In this document: positions 52,927 to 64,000 of the stretch, piece after piece
How positions within the stretch are numbered: position 1 is the stretch's first letter
Layout of the letters: each line of letters opens with the position of its first letter
Origin: an uncultured delta proteobacterium
GTDB lineage: Bacteria > Desulfobacterota > Binatia > UBA9968
NCBI GenBank assembly: GCA_963755715.1
Contig: CAVWLW010000027.1
Span: 64,001 to 128,000, forward strand
Direction of reading: 5' to 3'
DNA length: 64,000 bases
The notes under the pieces: model-generated
Database searches by the model: none
What the model was told of the DNA's origin: nothing
The model's input: the letters and a program-made list of their open reading frames with translations, nothing else
Made by a program: the position numbers and the translations under genes

Positions 52927-53979
52927 CTACTCCGATAGTATTTTTTTCATCCGCTCAATGACATCCGGCGGCTGGTCCATGATCTCTTGGACCAGCGCCT
53001 GCAATTCTTCTCCGGTCGAGGGATCCATGTCCATCCGTCCCTTCTTGGCTTCCGCGATGAGCTCGGGGTCTTTCATCGACTTTGCGTAAGCTTCCCGGAG
53101 CATCTTCACTCTGTCCGAAGGCGTTCCAGGCGTAACCAACATGAAGCGGCCAAACTCGGCGCCGCTGAGCAAAACATTGGCAAGACGCCGATTCGACTCC
53201 GTCGTTTTGGATTGATCCATCAGCTCGTAGATCGTCGGCGCTTCCGCCACTACCGGGTCGCGCTTGCGCGCGGTTTGAATCAAATGACGGTCAAAACCCT
53301 TCTTGTGCCAGGTATCGAATGGCTCCCGGCCAAAATGGGGCAAAATCGTGTTTCCCCGGCAATGAACTTCGCCCTTCTCTACCGCCAGATCGATTTCATT
53401 ACCTCCCGGATAGCCCATCACTGTGTTGATCTTCGCGCCCAGAGCGACTTCCAAAACCCGGTCGAGAATATATCCGGCGCTGCCAACGCCGGTGCTGCCG
53501 CATTTCGGCGGCTCCTTGGCTTTGATGATGTCGCCGATAGTTTTGTACGGCGCATCCGCTCTCATGTAGAGCAGCATGTAATTTTTTTCCTGAGAGCCGA
53601 TGATCGGGAACTTGCGTAAGTCGAATCGCACTTCTTTATGGCCGGAGAGTTGTTCCAAATAAACGTTGCTGTTGGGCATGACCATGGTAAGTCCGTCGGG
53701 CTTGGCGACGCCATAAACATAGTTGGCCGCCACCAAAGAACCGCCCCCAGGCATATTCTGCACGATGATATCGGGCTGACCCGGCAAATACTTGGGCATT
53801 GCGCGCGCCAACAACCGCGCCCAGCGGTCATAGAAACCACCGGCCGTTGCCCCGGTGACGATGCGAATCTGTTTGCCTTTGTAAAACGGTTCGGCTTGAG
53901 AATGCGCGGAAGTCGCCACTAAAATATTTAGCAATTGAAACGCCAAGAGAGAGATTAATGCAGATCTGGGGTTAAACAT
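52927..53979 (-). CDS. Bug/TctC substrate-binding protein
   Basis: FYKGKQIRIVTG, QNMPGGGSLVAANY, GYPGGNEIDLAVEKGE. Confidence 0.9.
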   Translation of the reverse strand: MFNPRSALISLLAFQLLNILVATSAHSQAEPFYKGKQIRIVTGATAGGFYDRWARLLARAMPKYLPGQPDIIVQNMPGGGSLVAANYVYGVAKPDGLTMVMPNSNVYLEQLSGHKEVRFDLRKFPIIGSQEKNYMLLYMRADAPYKTIGDIIKAKEPPKCGSTGVGSAGYILDRVLEVALGAKINTVMGYPGGNEIDLAVEKGEVHCRGNTILPHFGREPFDTWHKKGFDRHLIQTARKRDPVVAEAPTIYELMDQSKTTESNRRLANVLLSGAEFGRFMLVTPGTPSDRVKMLREAYAKSMKDPELIAEAKKGRMDMDPSTGEELQALVQEIMDQPPDVIERMKKILSE

Positions 53980-54069
53980 TTCGCCTAGATTCGCCTTTCG
54001 CTTTCCAGCTGTGCGGAGAGAACGTTTGGCCCCTTGAACAGATAAATTCAACCACCGACACCAAGGCAC

Positions 54070-55186
54070 TCACCACGTCTCCGCCCTTCCACCCTGCACC
54101 CACCAGTTTAGGCGCGGCTCGATGCGAAGCTCGTAACCTTTACCATGCTGTCTCGCAAGGTCGTAGCACTTTTTCGCCAGCGCAATATCGACGATGCCCT
54201 GTCCGCCCTGATTTTTGTAAAGGATAATTTGCTTGTCGTCGGTTCGACCCGCCGCTTTGCCCGCGAGCACGTCAGAAATTTCCACCACCTTGTCCCATGT
54301 AATCACACCGCTTTGTACCGGCCAATAAATGTCGCCTTGCTGCGAATCGATCGCCTGAGATTTCGAGAGCGCGACGATTAAGTCGCAGCGCCGCAGCGTG
54401 CCGTCATCGATCTCCCGGCGGGGCGCATCGAGGTTGCCGCTTTTTACCAACTCGATATTGCTGCCGACGACTGAAATAATGTACTGCCCCGCTTCCAGCC
54501 AGGAACCGTCGATCACAGGAACGTTCGTATTGGTCATGCAGAGAATAATGTCGACGTCCTTCGCGGCCAGCTCCGGCGCATCGACGGGGGCCACCGGCAC
54601 ACTCGTTTTTGCCATGATCTTTTTAGCGAAACCCTCGCGATGAGCCGGCGTCGGACTGTAGACTTTAGCGCTCTCGATCGCGCCGCATTTCGCAGAGTCC
54701 GGCGAAGGTCGCCCAAGCCTGCTGGCCCGAACCATAAATGCCAACACGCTTGGCATCCTTGCGCGCAAAGAGGTCGAGCCCCGCCAAACTCGTGGCCGGC
54801 GTGCGCAGGTCCGCGACCGCAGTAAAATCGCGCGGCCGATGCGCCATGACGCCAAGCAGCGAACCCGTGTCGCTATCATAGATCAATGCCAGCTCGGTTT
54901 GATCCGGATTGAACGCCGGGCGCTTTTGCGTGCGACCGGCGATCGCCTTTCGATGCAGCGCCACCTGTGCGCCGATCGCTCCATAGCTGGCAGCCCCGCC
55001 GGCGTAAATATTCAGTACGGTGTCAAAGCTGCCTTCGGCGATGTTGCGGTGAAGGTTCAGTCGCTTGCGCGGCGCGCAAACGCCGTCGGATGAAATCATA
55101 TCCCGCAGCGCATTCTCGGTGATTTGAACCGCTTCTTTGAAAGGAATCAGCTGATCGACATCATCGGAGTGAAAAAAAAGTGCCAT
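54070..55186 (-). CDS. Ornithine cyclodeaminase/mu-crystallin-family protein 3 (frameshift near 54670)
   Basis: TGSLLGVM..LRTPATS, IYGSGQQA, GRTDDKQIILYKNQGGQG. Confidence 0.8.
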
Positions 55187-55200
55187 GACAACCCCTTCTA

Positions 55201-56207
55201 CTAGCTGTTCGACAAACTGAAATCCGTCTCCCAGAGTGTCTTGATCTTCGCCGTCTGCTCGTCAGATAACGGCGGCGCGCCCGAACACGCAACCGCGTCG
55301 TCAATGTGCGTGAGGTTGGAGAACCCGACGAGCACCGTGGAAACTTTTTCATTCATCAAGCCGAAGCGAATCGCTGCTTGCGTGAGATCTTTTCCGTCCA
55401 CTCCGAGCGCGGCTTTGATTTTTTCCGCGCGCTGCAAATCCACCGGGTAATCCGAGCCCGGCGAAAGGTTTGGCCGCTGCCGCCTCCTCCGGCGCTCGGA
55501 TCCGAAGTCAGCGCACCTGCCGCCAACACTCGTATAACGAAGGCGCCCATTCCTTTGGCCGCAGCGCGATCGAGGATTCGCCCATAATCCAAGAGCACTA
55601 AACGTGTGCTGGGACGGGCTGGCCTGCGCTTGGATTAAGCAAATTGTAGTAACACTGAAAACCATGAAACTCGCCGCTATCGACCAGCTCGTGCAGCGCC
55701 TTGGCGATCCCCGAGGCCGCTAAAGCCAAAAAAGCCGACCTTGCCGCGATCGCGCATGGATTTGAAACCGTCGATGACGCCGTTCGGACCGAGCACGTCT
55801 TTCGGAGTGAGACTGAATCGTTTGCCCATCCCGCGATCCAATGTCACCCGCGTATGGAGTTGAACAAAGTCGACTCGATCCCGACCGAGTCTGGATAATC
55901 CAGCTTCCACCGCGCGAACGGTCGCGGCCCGGAGGTCAGCGACCGCGTCGGCCTCAAGACGTATTTTCGTTGAGACAACCGGCTCAGCGCCGAGCTCGTG
56001 CAAAATCCTACCAAGATTCTCTTCAGACTTTCCTAGACCGTAGGCAAATGCGGTATCGAAAAAATTGATCCCCACATCGAGCGCGTGGCGCACCGCCTTT
56101 ACTTGATCTTCGTGTGGCGCCTTGACCATCAAAACCGCGTTATTGCCGCAGCCAAAGCCGATCTCGGAAACTCGGAGGCCGGTTTTGCCAATGGTCCGAT
56201 ACTGCAT
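55201..56207 (-). CDS. Aldo/keto reductase (frameshifted)
   Basis: MQYRTIGKTGLRVSEIGFG, GINFFDTAFAYG.GKSE, VSTVLVG. Confidence 0.85.
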
Positions 56208-56217
56208 CGTTCCCCCT

Positions 56218-56910
56218 TTAGAATTGTGCCAGCATGTTTAGAACCGAATCCGTGTCGGTCAGATCCGCAAGGCATCCGTCCGGCCGCCAATACTGCAACT
56301 CTTCTATCGGATAGCGGCCGGTGCCGACAAGAATGCAATGCATTTGATTTTGCCTCGCCGCCTCTAAATCCTTCGGCGTGTCGCCGACAATAACGCATTG
56401 GTTCGACGCCAGCGACCGTCCGGTGGCCTTTTCCCAGCGTCTTTTGGCGATTGCCGGCAAGTCGGGACGATGATGCGAGTCGCTCGCGTAGGCGCCGCGG
56501 CAAAGGTACGGCGCCAAGCCAGCCGCTTCGAGCTTGATCTCGGCAGTGACTTCGAAATTGCCGGTCACAACGCTCGCAGAGAATTCTTCGCTCGCCGCCA
56601 GCGTTCGCAGCAACACCGCTGCGCCCGGTAAAGGCGCAATCGTCGTCGTGCCGTTTAGCAAGTGATAGTGGTAGCGCTCGCGCAAATTGGTTGTGAACGG
56701 CTCCCAAGCCGCGTCGCGAAACTGAAAATTAACATTGGCCTTGATGAAGATGTCTTGCACGATCAACGGATCGGTATTGCCGTCCGGCACCACCGTGCGA
56801 ATGTCGCCGTAAAAACCGAAGGTATTGAAAATCGCTTCGTTGAAAGGAAGATAGCCGTTTTGCGTCCGCGTCAGCGTGCCGTCGATATCGAAGAGAAGCA
56901 ACCGTTCCAT
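56218..56910 (-). CDS. HAD-family hydrolase
   Basis: LLFDIDGTL motif I, VTGN, VGDTPKD. Confidence 0.88.
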   Translation of the reverse strand: MERLLLFDIDGTLTRTQNGYLPFNEAIFNTFGFYGDIRTVVPDGNTDPLIVQDIFIKANVNFQFRDAAWEPFTTNLRERYHYHLLNGTTTIAPLPGAAVLLRTLAASEEFSASVVTGNFEVTAEIKLEAAGLAPYLCRGAYASDSHHRPDLPAIAKRRWEKATGRSLASNQCVIVGDTPKDLEAARQNQMHCILVGTGRYPIEELQYWRPDGCLADLTDTDSVLNMLAQF

Positions 56911-57016
56911 GCGCAAACGGATATTTGCACAATCAGAATCGCCTTGGCAATCGAGCGCCGCTGGCTGATCCGGCACATTGACAACCCGGACCTTTCAAGA
57001 TAGATATTTTTCGTAA

Positions 57017-57089
57017 GTTTTGCGCGACTGGCGAACGTGGAATTGACCACGAGGGAACGCAAAGCATTAAGACGGCCGAACGCCTGGGT
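57017..57089 (+). ncRNA. ZTP/ZMP (pfl) riboswitch
   Basis: GCGCGACTGGCGAA-GTGG..CCAC-GAGGGAACGC, then linker, then GGCCGAACGCCTGGG with the pseudoknot pairing GGCG/CGCC typical of the pfl motif. Confidence 0.88.
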
Positions 57090-57120
57090 CTCTTACGGAT
57101 AGAGGTCCAGGCTTTTTGTT
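57082..57120 (+). terminator. Riboswitch expression-platform terminator
   Basis: GCCTGGGTCTCT...AGAGGTCCAGGC-TTTTTGTT overlapping the aptamer 3' end. Confidence 0.8.
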
Positions 57121-57191
57121 GTCCGATAAACCGCTGTCAGCATTCGGTTTGTTAACTCTCGCCCCCGGAAGCTGATAGCTTCGAGATTTTC

Positions 57192-58334
57192 ATGATCAAG
57201 CACTATCTACTTTCACCCGGTCCGACGCCGATTCCCAATGAAGTCGCGCTGGCGATGTCGGAAACGATGATCCACCATCGCACGCCGCAGTTTAACAAGA
57301 TCTTTGAAGAAGCTCGGAACGGGCTCAAAAAACTATTCGGCACCAAAAATGACGTTCTTATGCTCGCCTCGTCCGGCACCGGCGCGATGGAGGCCTCGGT
57401 CGCCAATCTGTTTTCACCAGGCGATAAAGTCCTGGTCGTGAACGGCGGGAAATTCGGCGAGCGCTGGCTCAATATCTCCAACGCCTATGGACTAAATCCG
57501 ATCGAACTCAAAGTGGAATGGGGCCAAGCGGTTAAGGTCGCCGACATCGAGCAGCAGCTAAAAGCCCATCCCGACATTCAGGGCGTGATGATCCAGGCGA
57601 GCGAGACTTCGACCACCGTATTTCACCCCGTGAAGGAAATCGCCAAGCTAACCAAAAATGGCCCGCTATTTTTAGTCGACGGTGTCACCGCCGTAGGCGT
57701 GGTTCCGTTGATGATGGATGAATGGGGCATCGACGTCTTGGTCACCGGCTCGCAAAAGGCTTTGATGCTGCCGCCAGGACTGGGCTTCATCGCGCTCAGC
57801 GATCGCGCCTGGGAAAAAACCAAGAAAGCAAAGTTGCCGCGCTTTTATTTCGATTTGAACCTCGAGCGCAAAAACCAGCAAAAAGGCTCAGGCGCGTTCA
57901 CTCCGGCGGTGTCTCTCATTTTCGGTGCGCGCGCTTCGATAAAAATGCTTGAGCGCGAAGGCTTGGAAAATGTTTACGCGCGCCATGCGCGTCTGTGCCG
58001 GGCCACTCGCGCCGCGGCGACCGCGCTCGGGCTGAAACTTTTGGCGCCCGATAGCCCGAGCCCAGCCGCAACCGGCATCTATCTGCCGAGCGGCATCGAT
58101 GCAGACCAGCTACTCGATTACCTGCGCGACAAAATGAATGTCACCCTGGCCGAAGGACAAGATCAGCTTAAAGGCAAAGCGATCCGCATCGCGCATATCG
58201 GCTACATGGGCGCTTTCGACGTGATCACTGCCATCGCCGCTTTGGAAATGGCGCTCAGAAAATTCGGCGCCGAGATTCCTTTCGGACGCGGCGTCGCGGC
58301 CGCCGAAGAAGTTTTAATGGAGGCGCTGGTTTAA
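57192..58334 (+). CDS. Class V PLP aminotransferase (serine-glyoxylate/SerC-like)
   Basis: PGPTP, HHRTPQF, SSGTGAMEA, DVLVTGSQKALMLPPGL, RIAHIG. Confidence 0.92.
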   Translation: MIKHYLLSPGPTPIPNEVALAMSETMIHHRTPQFNKIFEEARNGLKKLFGTKNDVLMLASSGTGAMEASVANLFSPGDKVLVVNGGKFGERWLNISNAYGLNPIELKVEWGQAVKVADIEQQLKAHPDIQGVMIQASETSTTVFHPVKEIAKLTKNGPLFLVDGVTAVGVVPLMMDEWGIDVLVTGSQKALMLPPGLGFIALSDRAWEKTKKAKLPRFYFDLNLERKNQQKGSGAFTPAVSLIFGARASIKMLEREGLENVYARHARLCRATRAAATALGLKLLAPDSPSPAATGIYLPSGIDADQLLDYLRDKMNVTLAEGQDQLKGKAIRIAHIGYMGAFDVITAIAALEMALRKFGAEIPFGRGVAAAEEVLMEALV

Positions 58335-58338
58335 AACC

Positions 58339-58407
58339 GAGGATGGAAAATGGAGGATCGAGGATCGCCCGTGACTTTCCATCCTCGATCTTCAATCCTC
58401 GATCCTC
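58339..58407. repeat. Heptamer tandem-repeat inverted hairpin
   Basis: (GAGGATC-like)x4, 13-nt spacer, (GATCCTC-like)x4. Confidence 0.8.
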
Positions 58408-58435
58408 AACCAATAACCCAGCCGTGGACCGCAAG

Positions 58436-60019
58436 ATGAAGATCTTAGTCACCGATTCACTCGCTCCGGAAGGTCTGGAGGTTTTCAAAAACGCCGAGGG
58501 TTTCGAAGTCGACGTCAAGCTCGGGCTCAAAGCCGCCGAGCTTAAAAAGATCTGCGAGAGTTATGACGGTTGGGTAATCCGGAGCGGCACCAAGATTACC
58601 GCCGAGCTGATCGAAGCGGCGAAGAATTTAAAAGTGATTGGGCGCGCCGGCGTCGGTTATGAAAATATCGACGCCGATGCGGCGACGAAAAAAGGCATCG
58701 TCGTGATGAACACTCCCGGCGGCAACAACGTCACCACCGGCGAGCATACCGTCGCTCTCATGATGGCCCTGGCGCGCCATATCCCGCAAGCCGTTGCCTC
58801 GCTCAAAAGCGGCAAGTGGGACCGCAATAAATTTGTCGGCGTTGAGATGTGCAACAAAACCATCGGCGTGATCGGCCTCGGCAACGTCGGCCGCATCGTC
58901 GCCGAGCGGGCGGCGGGCTTGAGAATGAAAGTGATCGGCTTTGATCCATTCATCGCCGCGGAAAACATCGCGCGCATGGGCGTCGAGCCCGGCACGCTCG
59001 ACGACATCTTCACTAAATCGGACTTCATCACGGTTCATGTGCCCTTGACCCCGGATACCCAAGGTCTGATCAACAAAGCCGCCTTTGCCAAGATGAAAAA
59101 CGGCGTGCGAATTATCAACTGCGCGCGCGGTGGCATCGTCGACGAGCATGACCTCGCCGACGCGATCAAAGCGGGCAAAGTCGCCGGCGCGGCGCTCGAT
59201 GTTTACGTCGATGAGCCGCCGTCCGCCGATCATCCGCTGCTCAAACTCGATCAGGTGATCACGACGCCGCATCTGGGCGCGTCGACCGACGAAGCGCAGC
59301 TCAATGTCGCCATCGCGGTGGCCGAGCAGATGGTCGATTTTCTCGCGCGCGGCGTCGTGCGCTATGCGGTCAATGTGCCGTCGGTCAGCCCGGAGCTGTT
59401 GGCGGTTTTGCGCCCCTATTTAACTCTGGGCGAGAAGCTCGGCAGTCTCCACACGCAAATGGGCGGCGCGCTGCCGAAGGAAGTTCAGGTGGAGTATCGC
59501 GGCGACGTGACCCAATACAACGTCGCGCCGCTCACGGTCGCGGTGTTGAAAGGCCTCTTGTCGCCGGTGATGGAATCGGCGGTCAATTACGTCAACGCGC
59601 CGATGATGGCCAAAGAGCGCGGCATCAAAATTATCGAATCGAAAGGCGAAGAAGCTGGCGATTTCACCAGCTCGCTCACCGTCAAGGCAAAAAATGACAA
59701 GGAAAGCCTCGAAGTCGAAGGAGCAATCTTCGGCGCCAAGCATCCGCGCATCGTGCGGGTCAATAGTTTTTACTTGGAGGCCGTGCCGGAAGGATATATT
59801 CTCATCTTGCAGAATAAAGACGTCCCCGGCGTCGTCGGCGCCGTCGGCACGATTTTGGGCAACAACGGCGTGAACATCGCCGGCATGGAGCTTGGCCGCA
59901 GCGAAAAGGGCGGCAACGCGATTTCATTTACTCATGTCGACGACGCGGTAGCCAAAAAGGCGCTCGATGAGCTCCGTGCCCTGCCGCAAATCGTTTCGGC
60001 AACTTTGGTCAAACTGTAA
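58436..60019 (+). CDS. serA: D-3-phosphoglycerate dehydrogenase (long form with ACT domain)
   Basis: GRAGVG, GLGNVG, INCARGG, TPHLGASTDEAQ, C-terminal ASB/ACT domains. Confidence 0.95.
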   Translation: MKILVTDSLAPEGLEVFKNAEGFEVDVKLGLKAAELKKICESYDGWVIRSGTKITAELIEAAKNLKVIGRAGVGYENIDADAATKKGIVVMNTPGGNNVTTGEHTVALMMALARHIPQAVASLKSGKWDRNKFVGVEMCNKTIGVIGLGNVGRIVAERAAGLRMKVIGFDPFIAAENIARMGVEPGTLDDIFTKSDFITVHVPLTPDTQGLINKAAFAKMKNGVRIINCARGGIVDEHDLADAIKAGKVAGAALDVYVDEPPSADHPLLKLDQVITTPHLGASTDEAQLNVAIAVAEQMVDFLARGVVRYAVNVPSVSPELLAVLRPYLTLGEKLGSLHTQMGGALPKEVQVEYRGDVTQYNVAPLTVAVLKGLLSPVMESAVNYVNAPMMAKERGIKIIESKGEEAGDFTSSLTVKAKNDKESLEVEGAIFGAKHPRIVRVNSFYLEAVPEGYILILQNKDVPGVVGAVGTILGNNGVNIAGMELGRSEKGGNAISFTHVDDAVAKKALDELRALPQIVSATLVKL

Positions 60020-60039
60020 GGAGAAGGCTGAAGGCATGA

Positions 60040-61398
<1,359 letters not shown>

Positions 61399-61474
61399 GC
61401 GAGCGGCCAGAAGGATTGAGGCGTGATCAGGAACTCTTACTCAAGCCTCTCGCCTGGTGCCTGCGTCTATCTTC

Positions 61475-62497
61475 CTATCGCAACTTAAAAATCTCCAGAT
61501 ACTGCTTCACCGAGGCGTCGAAATCTTTGTAATCCTCGGGATCTTCGACGGCGATTTTAAAACCACGAAAAAGCCGCGGCGGATCGGGCTCGACATCCTT
61601 GCGCACCGGAATGCGCTGGAAGCCGCGCAGCATCTCTTGCCCTTCCTTGGAAAGAACAAAATCGTAAAACAGCCGCGCCGCGTTGGGATGCGGCGACTTG
61701 GCGGCCAGCATGATCGGGTTCACCTGGGTAACCGAAGGCTCCAACGGTAGCCAATCAACCGGCGCGCCGCGCGAGGTCATTCTCTGAAGGGTTTGGTTAT
61801 AGGCGATGATGAGCGGGTACTCGCCGGCGACGACCAGTTGGACGCGCTCGGTATTGCCGCGTTTCAAGACCGGATCCAAAGCGGCGAGCCGCTTGAAATA
61901 GCTAATGCCTTTTTCCTTGCCCCACACGCGCTTGAGCCCTTCCATCATCCCATAAGCTTCGGTATCAAGCGAAATTTGCCCGCCCTTCCATTTTGGGTTG
62001 AGTAGCTCCTCGTAGGTTTTAGGCACGTCCTGCTTTTTGACAAGCTTGGTGTTCCAGCCTAGCACATAGCTGTTCACGTAGTAGGCGGTCCAATAGCCCT
62101 GCTTATCAACGAGCTGTTCTTCGATCATCTTGGTTTCCGGAGATAGGTAAGAGGCCACAAGTTTTCTCTCTATTAATGGCAAGACCATCTCACCGCGTCC
62201 GACGACGACGTCCCAATCGTATCGTCCGCCGCGCGCTTCGGTGAAAATCTTATTGAGTAAAGGGCCGCCGCCGGTGCGGAAAAGGGTTGCTTTGATGCCG
62301 TACTTCTTTTCGAAACGGTCGGTGACGGTCTTACTCTGATCGAGCGTCATGGTCGTGTAATAGACCAGCTCACCTTCTTTCTTCGCAGCCTCCACCAGCT
62401 TTTGGTTGGGACTCCCCTGAGCCCAAGCGGCCACGGGCGCCGCAAGAGTTATCAAAAAAAACGCGCCGAGCAGTCGGCGCCAATAGTGACAGATCAT
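61475..62497 (-). CDS. ABC substrate-binding protein (Fe3+/SBP_bac_6-like), orphan
   Basis: EAAKKEGELVYYTTM, PKTYEELLNPKWKG, SPHPNAARLF..LSKEGQ. Confidence 0.88.
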   Translation of the reverse strand: MICHYWRRLLGAFFLITLAAPVAAWAQGSPNQKLVEAAKKEGELVYYTTMTLDQSKTVTDRFEKKYGIKATLFRTGGGPLLNKIFTEARGGRYDWDVVVGRGEMVLPLIERKLVASYLSPETKMIEEQLVDKQGYWTAYYVNSYVLGWNTKLVKKQDVPKTYEELLNPKWKGGQISLDTEAYGMMEGLKRVWGKEKGISYFKRLAALDPVLKRGNTERVQLVVAGEYPLIIAYNQTLQRMTSRGAPVDWLPLEPSVTQVNPIMLAAKSPHPNAARLFYDFVLSKEGQEMLRGFQRIPVRKDVEPDPPRLFRGFKIAVEDPEDYKDFDASVKQYLEIFKLR

Positions 62498-62671
62498 TTC
62501 AAATATCCTCCTCGCCTCGTTCGAGGCAAAAGAATGCATAACATTTAAACAACGTAAATCAACTTCTCGCGGGCCGCGCTAAAACCCTTGTTCAGGGAAA
62601 TTATGACCTTGAATAGCGCCGCCGCGGTGATTATCATAAGAACGTCAGCAGCCTGAACCGCGGAGGTGTTT

Positions 62672-62980
62672 ATGGACGGCGAAACCAGCAGCAAAGAGAG
62701 ACTCGTTAGCGACTTGCGAACGCTAGTCGGCGATGCGGAGGAGTTATTGAAGGCGACAGCCAGCCAGGCGGGCGAAAAAATCGGCGTCGCGCGGCAAAAA
62801 ATCGAACAGAGCCTGATCGAGGGTAAAAAAGCTCTGGGCGATGCTGAACAAACTCTGCGAAAAAAATCCAAAGAATGCGCCGAAATCGCCGACGATTACG
62901 TTCGGGAAAATCCTTGGAGCGCCGTGGGCATCGCGGCCGCCGTCGGATTGGCCTTCGGCTTATTGATTCGTGGCAAGTAA
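62672..62980 (+). CDS. ElaB/YqjD/DUF883 tail-anchored protein
   Basis: DAEELLKATA...DDYVRENPWSAVGIAAAVG. Confidence 0.9.
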   Translation: MDGETSSKERLVSDLRTLVGDAEELLKATASQAGEKIGVARQKIEQSLIEGKKALGDAEQTLRKKSKECAEIADDYVRENPWSAVGIAAAVGLAFGLLIRGK

Positions 62981-62986
62981 TCGCCG

Positions 62987-63409
62987 ATGAGCGATTTGGG
63001 AAGCAGCCAAAGCCGCGAAGGCTCGTCGAGCTTCTTCCAGCCGCTTAAGGCCGTGCTCGCCGGGTTAAGCTCGGCCTTGCACACACGCCTTGACCTATTC
63101 GTCACAGAACTCGAAGAAGAACGTGAACGGATCAAACAGGCCCTTGTCTTCACCCTCCTGCTGCTCTTCGGGTTCACTTTTGGCATCGTCCTTTTGACGA
63201 TTTTTCTCGTCGCTTTGTTTTGGCAAAACGGCTGGATTGCGGCAATCGGCGGTCTCGCGCTGGCGTATTTCGCCGTCGGGGTTGTTGCCGCGGTCAAACT
63301 GCGCGGCGTGATTATTCACCATCCTCGTCTATTCCCCACCACTATGGCCGAGCTCGGCAAAGATCGCGACTACTTGAGGGCCTCCACTCGTGAGCAGTCG
63401 TCTCGATAA
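62987..63409 (+). CDS. YqjE-like (phage-holin family) membrane protein
   Basis: HTRLDLFVTELEEERER, two TM helices, TMAELGKDR. Confidence 0.85.
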   Translation: MSDLGSSQSREGSSSFFQPLKAVLAGLSSALHTRLDLFVTELEEERERIKQALVFTLLLLFGFTFGIVLLTIFLVALFWQNGWIAAIGGLALAYFAVGVVAAVKLRGVIIHHPRLFPTTMAELGKDRDYLRASTREQSSR

Positions 63410-63716
63410 CATCGCGCGCCGCAAACAAGCGCTGATCGAAAAAGCGGCATTGGAGCGCCTCGAGTTGACCACTGCCTGTCGGAGAATCCGTTCGCCGATC
63501 GACATCGACGGCAAGCTTTTCGGAATCGGCCGGCTAATCAGTTCCCATCCGTTGCTCACTGCCGGCGTATCGACGTTTTTGATCGGCGGCTTCGGCAAGA
63601 AAATATTCAGGACCGCCAGCGCTGTGCTGAAATTGTGGCGAGTGGTTTTACCGATTCTAAGCCTGTGGCCCAAGCGGCGGCGAAGCTCCTGGCGATTGTT
63701 TGGACGGAACCGCTAG
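63390..63716 (+). CDS. YqjK-like protein
   Basis: Position after yqjD/yqjE; RKQALIEKAALERLEL. Confidence 0.6.
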   Translation: MSSRLDNIARRKQALIEKAALERLELTTACRRIRSPIDIDGKLFGIGRLISSHPLLTAGVSTFLIGGFGKKIFRTASAVLKLWRVVLPILSLWPKRRRSSWRLFGRNR

Positions 63717-63768
63717 AATCGCCAGGTCTAACGGTTCACAAAAATATTTTCATCGCCGCTCGCACGCG

Positions 63769-64000
63769 CTATTCCGTGCGCGCTCTTTCGGTTTTCCTCG
63801 AATCAGCCGTGCCGCTCATCGTCGAGTCTTGCCAAGTGATCGCTTGCACGACTCCGAGTTCGCTCTGCTCGCGGAGCACATGACCGCGCTGTTCCAGGCC
63901 CTTTCTTTCCTCAACAGTGATCTTGGCTTCGACATTTAACCGCTCCGGGAGCCACTGATGATGAACGCGCGGCGCTTCGACGGCCGCGCCGACCGGCATA
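63769..64000 (-). CDS. ggt: Gamma-glutamyltransferase, C-terminal end (partial)
   Basis: AVEAPRVHHQWLP...LEQRGH...VQAI...GTADSRK. Confidence 0.85.
   Translation of the reverse strand, partial: MPVGAAVEAPRVHHQWLPERLNVEAKITVEERKGLEQRGHVLREQSELGVVQAITWQDSTMSGTADSRKTERARTE

Noticed and set aside
62987-63409. Prophage holin
   Set aside because: It is part of the ordinary yqjD-yqjE-yqjK-like chromosomal trio, with no phage genes nearby.

Overview
This 64-kb bacterial window has moderately high GC and resembles Deltaproteobacteria/Candidatus Binatia, an inference from gene order and the many orphan ABC and TctC solute-binding proteins. Many conserved genes are split by single-base indels, often in homopolymers, which suggests long-read assembly error rather than true pseudogenes. 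Core blocks are ftsK-lolA-rimO-dksA, hisF, trxB/moaC/rlmI/radC/M23 peptidase, and a ZTP(pfl)-riboswitch-led class V aminotransferase-serA-purA operon. Accessory regions are: (i) a porin plus two duplicated pairs of small secreted proteins ending in PAKGE, flanking a NarL-type two-component system, with a recurring 7-2-7 palindrome; (ii) a GcvT/flavoprotein/FAH/VOC catabolic cluster; (iii) an amplified exported methyltransferase/lipoprotein hydrolase array; and (iv) a sigma54-promoter-led sulfur/selenium island. In (iv), BOTH halves of a split YeeE/YedE transporter carry an in-frame UGA at the conserved Cys, each followed by a SECIS-like hairpin, next to a CoA-persulfide reductase-rhodanese. 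Region (iv) is the top finding.
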